From Eledone cirrhosa (taxonomy: Eukaryota): a stretch of 64,000 bases of DNA. The translations under genes and the position numbers were made by a program. The stretch lies in NCBI GenBank assembly GCA_964016885.1, contig OZ024740.1, positions 138,818,001-138,882,000 on the forward strand, in the 5' to 3' direction. Below the pieces are notes generated by a model, which worked only from the letters and a program-made list of their open reading frames with translations, was not told the DNA's origin and did no database searches. How positions within the stretch are numbered: position 1 is the stretch's first letter; each line of letters begins with the position of its first letter. This document shows, in pieces, positions 57,718-64,000 of the stretch.

Positions 57718-58150
57718 TTTCTTCTTCTTCTTCTTCTTCTTCTTCTTCTTCTTCTTCTTCTTCTTCTTGCTCGAAGGGTCCTGGGGGCCTCAAACACGCC
57801 TTTCTTCGGTTCAATCAGAAGCAACGGTTTCCAATTGGTCCGGTTGGATCCCTAAGCGAGACCAGCGGAGCTCAAGGATGTTGTATGACCATCTTGCTCA
57901 GAGTGTCACCCTGGGTTTGCTGCCGGTTGATTTTGCCCGTAAAATCTGTCCAGCAATTCTTTCGTTATACATTCTAACCACATGTCTGGAGCTGTGGTCT
58001 CTTAATTCGTAAAAGTAGCGACTCTACCTTGAGCGACAATCTGGCCTCAGAGCTACGCACTCGAACGAGTAACGTTACTCCAAAGATCCTTCGGAGGAAC
58101 CTCATTTCGACCACTTGTATTCGCGAACGTACTCTTTCGGTTATTACCCA
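57718..58150 (-). mobile_element. RTE-type LINE 3' fragment with (GAA)n tail
   Basis: RIQVVEMRFLRRIFGVT...VRSS remnant; (TTC)n at 57719-57768. Confidence 0.8.
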
Positions 58151-59142
58151 AGATAGACAAGGTTTGACATGAATATCGAATTGATGATAGCAAATTTGGC
58201 TTTTACACCTCTTCTAATGACCGAATTCTGAAGCCGGAGTAAAACCAACGTAATACACATTTATTCTACCCACGCATAGAGTTCTCTTTTACTTTGTAGT
58301 TTAACCTTATAAGCATACAAAATATTAACTATGCATGTGTTTGGGTGTGTCATGGGTAGCGTCTGGGTGTGTAATTTGTACTTAGCAACGTTCTCCTGGC
58401 ATTACAGTTACATAGATATGAAATAAATTTCTCGTAGAAATCACCACTACCACTTGATCTTAAGAGTTTGGTGAAATTAGTGCCAAAGAAACTAAATGTA
58501 CTTCACAAAATACGAAACAATAAACCACTATTGCACTTGAACCGAAGGTCTCTAAATTTGTAGTCTATTGTCTTATTCTATTCACTTGTGCGTTTAAGCT
58601 TTCATTTGTATAAGTCAAGTGTGTATTGCATTCACTATTACATATATTCAGCTCACTCATCTTCTCCACTTATCAACAGCCGTGGTGAGATCCTCATCAG
58701 TTCGTTGAGACACAAATTTGAAGTGGATTTATGTGCTTGTTTGTATTTTGCAGTTGCTGTTGTTGCCTCTGCTTTCTAAAGTGTTTCATGAAAGGTGGGT
58801 GAGAGCAGTGGGATTGCTCTGATTATGTATGCTTTTCTAAGATAGCAAGAAAGAAATTGGAAGAGAGCTATTTCAATGCCTTTGACGATTCAAAGTAACC
58901 TGGGATTTTGTGAGGGTTTTTGCCCCGAATTACTCTGATACTCTAATCACAATCACAATACATGGTGTACATACATCAACATACGCAGATACATTGATAC
59001 ATATACACTTTTACGCACAGACACGTGGATATACATACACTATCATACATACTCATCGATACAAGGACACACATACATGTGTATAAGACATGTGTGTCTT
59101 TCCATCTGACTTTGACAGAAGATAGTGTGTGTGTGTGTGTGT

Positions 59143-59262
<120 letters not shown>

Positions 59263-59806
59263 ATGTGTGTGTGTGCCATTATTGTTGTTTAGCCCTGATC
59301 GAGCATTTCTACAATCAAAGGCTTTCCGTCTTTTGTAAGGTAACATCTCTTCTGTTGACATCGGCGGGATTTGAACTCAAAGCGCAGAGAAACAGAACGA
59401 ATACCGCAAAGCGTTTTTTTCGACTCTGCCAATGTGCTGCCTGTTTGTAAGGTATCACAGACCACATTGTTCAGTATATCTTTTTTATGGCGATAGGATA
59501 TCATTTGAGGGAGGTTTGGTTGCCATTTCTAACAAGTCGAGAGACCATGTAGAAGTTCAATTGTTGGTTGATTCTGTTTCATAGTTCTTTCAATCTGTTT
59601 CAACTATAATAATTTAGTTGTTCGGCCAATTCAATTCCTACTACATGAAATTAAAGTTTAAGTAACAGTATTCCACAGACACGTGTAACCTTAATGCAAT
59701 TCTATGAGTCAGTCGGACAGTGTACGACAAGGCTGGACCGTTGAATTATAGTTGAATCGAGAGATATTGACCCCTTCCCACCCGCCTTATTTATATACCC
59801 CGAAAT

Positions 59807-62800
59807 CAGTGGTGGATTAACAAAATAAGCAAAGTAAGCACGTGCTTAGGGCATCAACGGAAGAAGGGGCACCTCAAAAAATGTTTATATGATGAATTTA
59901 CAGTTTAAATTATTAAATTAATTAATTTTATAGCAATTTTCAAAATGAAATAAGAAATGAATAAATTCGGTATGAACATAGTTGTTCATTTCAGTTTATT
60001 TGTTAAATCTCAGTTTTTCAGACGTTTATCTTTAGAAATTTTTCTGAAACTCCAATGTATTCTGGTTCAATTTTAAAATGGCTACATGCTTGTTCAAATG
60101 TTTTTTAAGATTTATGAACATAGCCACCAGCTGAAAGTTTTTGATACTTACAATCCCAACTAACCAAGGTTTATTTTCTGCTTCTTTTTATTAACAATTC
60201 TGTTCATTAGGGTTTTTTAGTTTTTTTACAAATTTTTTTTTGAACTTGAACCTTTTAATATTGTAGACTCTATATAAAAAATAATTGTCATTTGTGTTCT
60301 AGATTATCTGCTATATAGTATAACTTTTTTATTTCTACATAATTTTTTATCTGAACAAACTCAAGCTTTAATTTTATAACTGTTTTTGTTGATTGTTTAT
60401 TTGGGTTCACACCATCCTTTTTCAAATCTAACCATCAGATCTAATTAACAGATCCCCCAAAAATCTAACCATTCAAATCTAATTAACAGATCCCCAAAAC
60501 CAAGATGAAACGCATTCAGTTAAGTGGGGCACAAAAACGAAAACTTTCAAACAAGAAACAAGAAAAAGCTTCGGAATTAGATCGCAAGACAGCAAAGCTG
60601 ACTAATTTTTTCTCACAAGTTCCACAACATGATTTACAGATTCTCGGTCAAAACCGATATACGTTATCAGAAGTAGATATGAATACGGCAAATACAACTT
60701 TGATTACTTCAGAATCAAAATATGAGGACATTAGAAGTACCGAGATGTCGCATGTCTCACAACTGTCTCACAACTGTCTTACTTTGCCTGTGAATTCTCT
60801 TTATTCGGATACCTCTACTGCAAATGATGATAGGGCTCAAATAATTGCTGAAAATAGAAGTTTAGAGCACTGTGACAATAGCGGTGAAATTAGTTTGCCT
60901 GTAAAAAGTGAAGAAAATTACAATTTAGCGAACGATCCAGGAATGTGGCTTCATTTCTCTGCTAATGATGTAGCTTATTGGATTACTTGTGAACCCAGTA
61001 TTTATCAACACCACAACGAGCCATTTGAAAAGTCTTGCCGCCATTTTAGTAGTGGCAAACCAGTAAGCTATTGCTCACAGAAACTTTTTATTGGGACAAA
61101 AGCCAATGGTGAAAAATACAAGAGAGAGTGGTTACTCTATTCACCATCAAGAGGATCAGTTTATTGTTTTGTTTGTAAACTGTTTGCTCGTGAAAAAAAT
61201 TCAATTTTTGTTTCAAAAGAAGGGTTCGGTGATTGGCGCAATACTATTGTAATTGAAAAGCATGAGAAAAGCATTATTCACCGAGACTCTTTGCTGGCAT
61301 ATTTAACTCGCAGGCAATGTGCGGGGTTAAAGTCAGATTTGGAGAAACAAATTCATGAAGAGTGCAATTACTGGGAACACGTTTTGAGGCGTGTCGTAGC
61401 TGTTATTTGTACGTTAGCTGAACGTGGCTTGCCTTTTCGCGGAAATGAAGAGAAGTTTGGATCGTTGCAAAATGGGAATTGTTTAGGGCTACTTGAACTC
61501 ATAAGCCAGTTTGATCCATTTTTAGTAGGCCACATTTCTAAATATGGAAATTCTGGAAAAGGAAATCCTTCTTACATGTCTAAAGCCACTATCGAGGAAA
61601 TTATTCAACTAATGGCACAAAAGGTCCGTGAGTTCATTATTAACGAAGTTAAATCTTCTGGTTATTTTAGTTTGTCCGTTGATTCAACACCAGATTTATC
61701 ACATAGCGATCAATTGAGTGTTTTACTTAGGTATTTACAAGATGGACAACCTATTGAACGATTTTTAACCTTCATCATAATAGAAAACCACACTGGCGAG
61801 AATATGGCGAACCAGGTGCTGCTGCATTTACGTGAAGCTTGTGGGTTAAATGTTTTAAAATGTAGGGGTCAGACTTATGACAATGCTGCTAACATGTCTG
61901 GGCGTTATAAGGGGATGCAGCAACAAATTTTAGAAACAAACAAGTTTGCTATATATGTGCCCTGTGCAGCTCATTAATTAAATCTTGTTGGCCGGAGTGC
62001 TGTTGACTGCTGTCAAGAGGCTGTTAATTTTTTCTCCACAGTACAGTTACTCTATAATTTTTTTCCGCTTCCACTAACCGTTGGAAAATTCTCAAAGATT
62101 GTATTAAGAATGAATGTGTCTTGAAATCCCTCTCTGATACAAGATGGGAAGCACATGCTATGGCAACAGCAGCAATCTTGAAATCGTTCCCTGAGATTTC
62201 CGAGACATTAGAATATATAGCCGAAGATCAATCACAAAACGGAGACGCTAGAAGAGAGGCAAATAATTTTGTTGATAAGATGCAAGAGCTAGAATTCGTT
62301 TTTATGTTGATTTTTTGGAATGAGATTTTGCAGAATTTTCACAGAGTAAGCAAAGTTCTATAAAATGAGGATGCGAACTTAAAGACATGTGCAGATCTCT
62401 ATGTATCATTAGCTGACCAACTGAACACCTCACGAGATGAATTTGAAAGATATGAAAAAGAGGCCAAGGAAATTCTTCCAGATGTTGATTACAGGACAAC
62501 TGAAACTCGCAAACGTATTGTAAAAAAAGTACCCAATGACGGAGATACAGCAGAAGTTTATTTAGATGCCAGAGATAAGTTTCGTATCACCACATTTTAC
62601 ACAATTGTTGACAAACTTGCAGCTGAGATGGAAAGAAGAGGAGAGATATACAAAGAAATGGCAGAGAAATTTTCTTTTCTTAGTGATGTGTCAAATATAA
62701 GCACTCCATCAGCTACTAATATTGAAAGGTATTCTCAGTACTCTCAAAAGTTGATCGATGCTTATCCAGAGGACTTCAATAGTAATTTCTCAGCTGAGCT

Positions 62801-63321
62801 TCATCAGTTTCATTTATATGTGCGAAATAAGATGTGTAGAACAGAAAATGTAAAAACAAGATTTAATCATGCTGAACTTTATAAAATTATTGTAAAAGAC
62901 AATATTGAGTGTGCCTTTCTAAATGTAGACATAGCCTTTCGTATATTTTTAACGTTAAGGGTTACTAACTGCTCAGCGGAGCGTTCATTTTCACGGTTGA
63001 AATATATTAAAAATCCCTTCAGAACAACCATGCAACAATACAGGCTGGATGCTTTATCCCTATTGTATATAGAAGCAGATGTGTTACGCAAGATTGGTTA
63101 CAAGGATCTGATCAAAGACTTTGCAAGAAAAAAAGCAGGAAAAAATTATTCAATAAATAAAATTATTTTCTCTCTTTCTGTATGTTTTGCTTTATTTTGA
63201 AATTTCAATAAATAAAACTTTAATTTACCATATATTATTGTTTATGTTTTGATCTACAAATGTATGGGGGCACCAAAATCTTTTAGTGCTTAGGGCCTCT
63301 AAGGGTTTTAATCCGGCCCTG
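59807..63321 (+). mobile_element. full-length hAT DNA transposon
   Basis: imperfect TIRs cagtggtggattaa / ttaatccggccctg; perfect 8-bp TSD cccgaaat (59799-59806, 63322-63329). Confidence 0.95.
60505..63200 (+). pseudogene. hAT transposase (TTF-type zinc finger, DUF4371/ZMYM1-like, C-terminal dimerisation domain), disrupted
   Basis: WLLYS...YCFVC; FSLSVDSTPD; RGQTYDNAANMSG; CAAH; TRW; NCSAERSFS; split by stops and frameshifts into 60505-61977, 62121-62363, 62628-63200. Confidence 0.92.
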
Positions 63322-63707
63322 CCCGAAATGAGAAAACGCAAAAGTTGCCATTGTTGGAATTTGAATCCAAATCACATAACGACGGAATGAACCTGTAAAT
63401 TTGCTAGCTGTATCATGCGTAAGCCATGTGTGTGTGTGTGTGTGTAAATGCTAGTGTGTTTATGTGTGTATAGAGTGTGAGTGTGCAAATATGAAAGTGT
63501 GTGTGTGTGTGTGTTGAAATGTGAGAGTGTGTAAATACAAGTGTGTGTATGTGTGTGAAAATGTGAGAGTATGTGTTTGTGTGTCAGTGTGAGTGTGTGT
63601 GTATGTGTATATGTGTGTGTGTTTGTGTGTGAGTGCGAGTGTGTGTGTGTGGGGGGGTGTTGTACAGGATGTACATGTTAACTGTATAGCTGTCTGTGTG
63701 AACGCAG

Positions 63708-64000
63708 CATGACGGAGTGGTAAAGAAGTTTGCTTTGCAATCATTTTAGGTCCTGGGTCTGATCCCATGTCATGGGATGTAACTACATAGGTAGTAACTG
63801 TTTGGACGGACTGTACTTGTAATTCAAGGGGCCAGCCCTGTCACACACTTTATTACGCTGAATCTCCCTGAGAATTACATCACGAGTGCATGCGCCCGTG
63901 GATTACTGAGCCACTTTCACGTTAATTCCATGAGCAGGCTGTTCCGTTGATCTGGAGTAACATCCTCGAACACGACGAAGGTCCATTGATAGCTGTCTGT
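63708..64000 (+). mobile_element. third SINE-like family
   Basis: tRNA-like head gtggtaaagaagtttgct...; body gtcacacact...acgctgaatctc also seen reversed at ~43800-43870 and ~11230. Confidence 0.55.

Overview
AT-rich, microsatellite-saturated animal DNA with no recognisable host gene. The SINE families and (TA)n/(CA)n load suggest an octopus or other cephalopod intergenic/intronic region (inference). Almost all listed ORFs are microsatellite artefacts. The real coding remnants are transposon-derived: a 5'-truncated Penelope-like element (PLE; RT end plus GIY-YIG, 23077-24743, -), a full-length decayed hAT (59807-63321, 8-bp TSD), a Tx1/L1-like 3' fragment with 15-bp TSD, and RTE and R4/Dong fragments. 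Non-coding repeats include two Helitron-like elements and many tRNA-derived SINEs. The main signal is a set of short non-coding elements of unrelated sequence families sitting inside (TA)n tracts. About 15 minimal type-I hammerhead ribozyme (HHR) motifs are readable by eye (CUGANGA-stem II-GAAA-palindromic stem III-UH), including U3:A8 and U4C variants. About 10 elements have a fold-back architecture: an inverted arm starting at an internal AT microhomology plus a unique tail. Three look like terminally redundant or permuted 319-445-nt HHR monomers (retrozyme-like, suggesting circular or multimeric RNA templates). All folds and alignments were done by eye and need computational confirmation.
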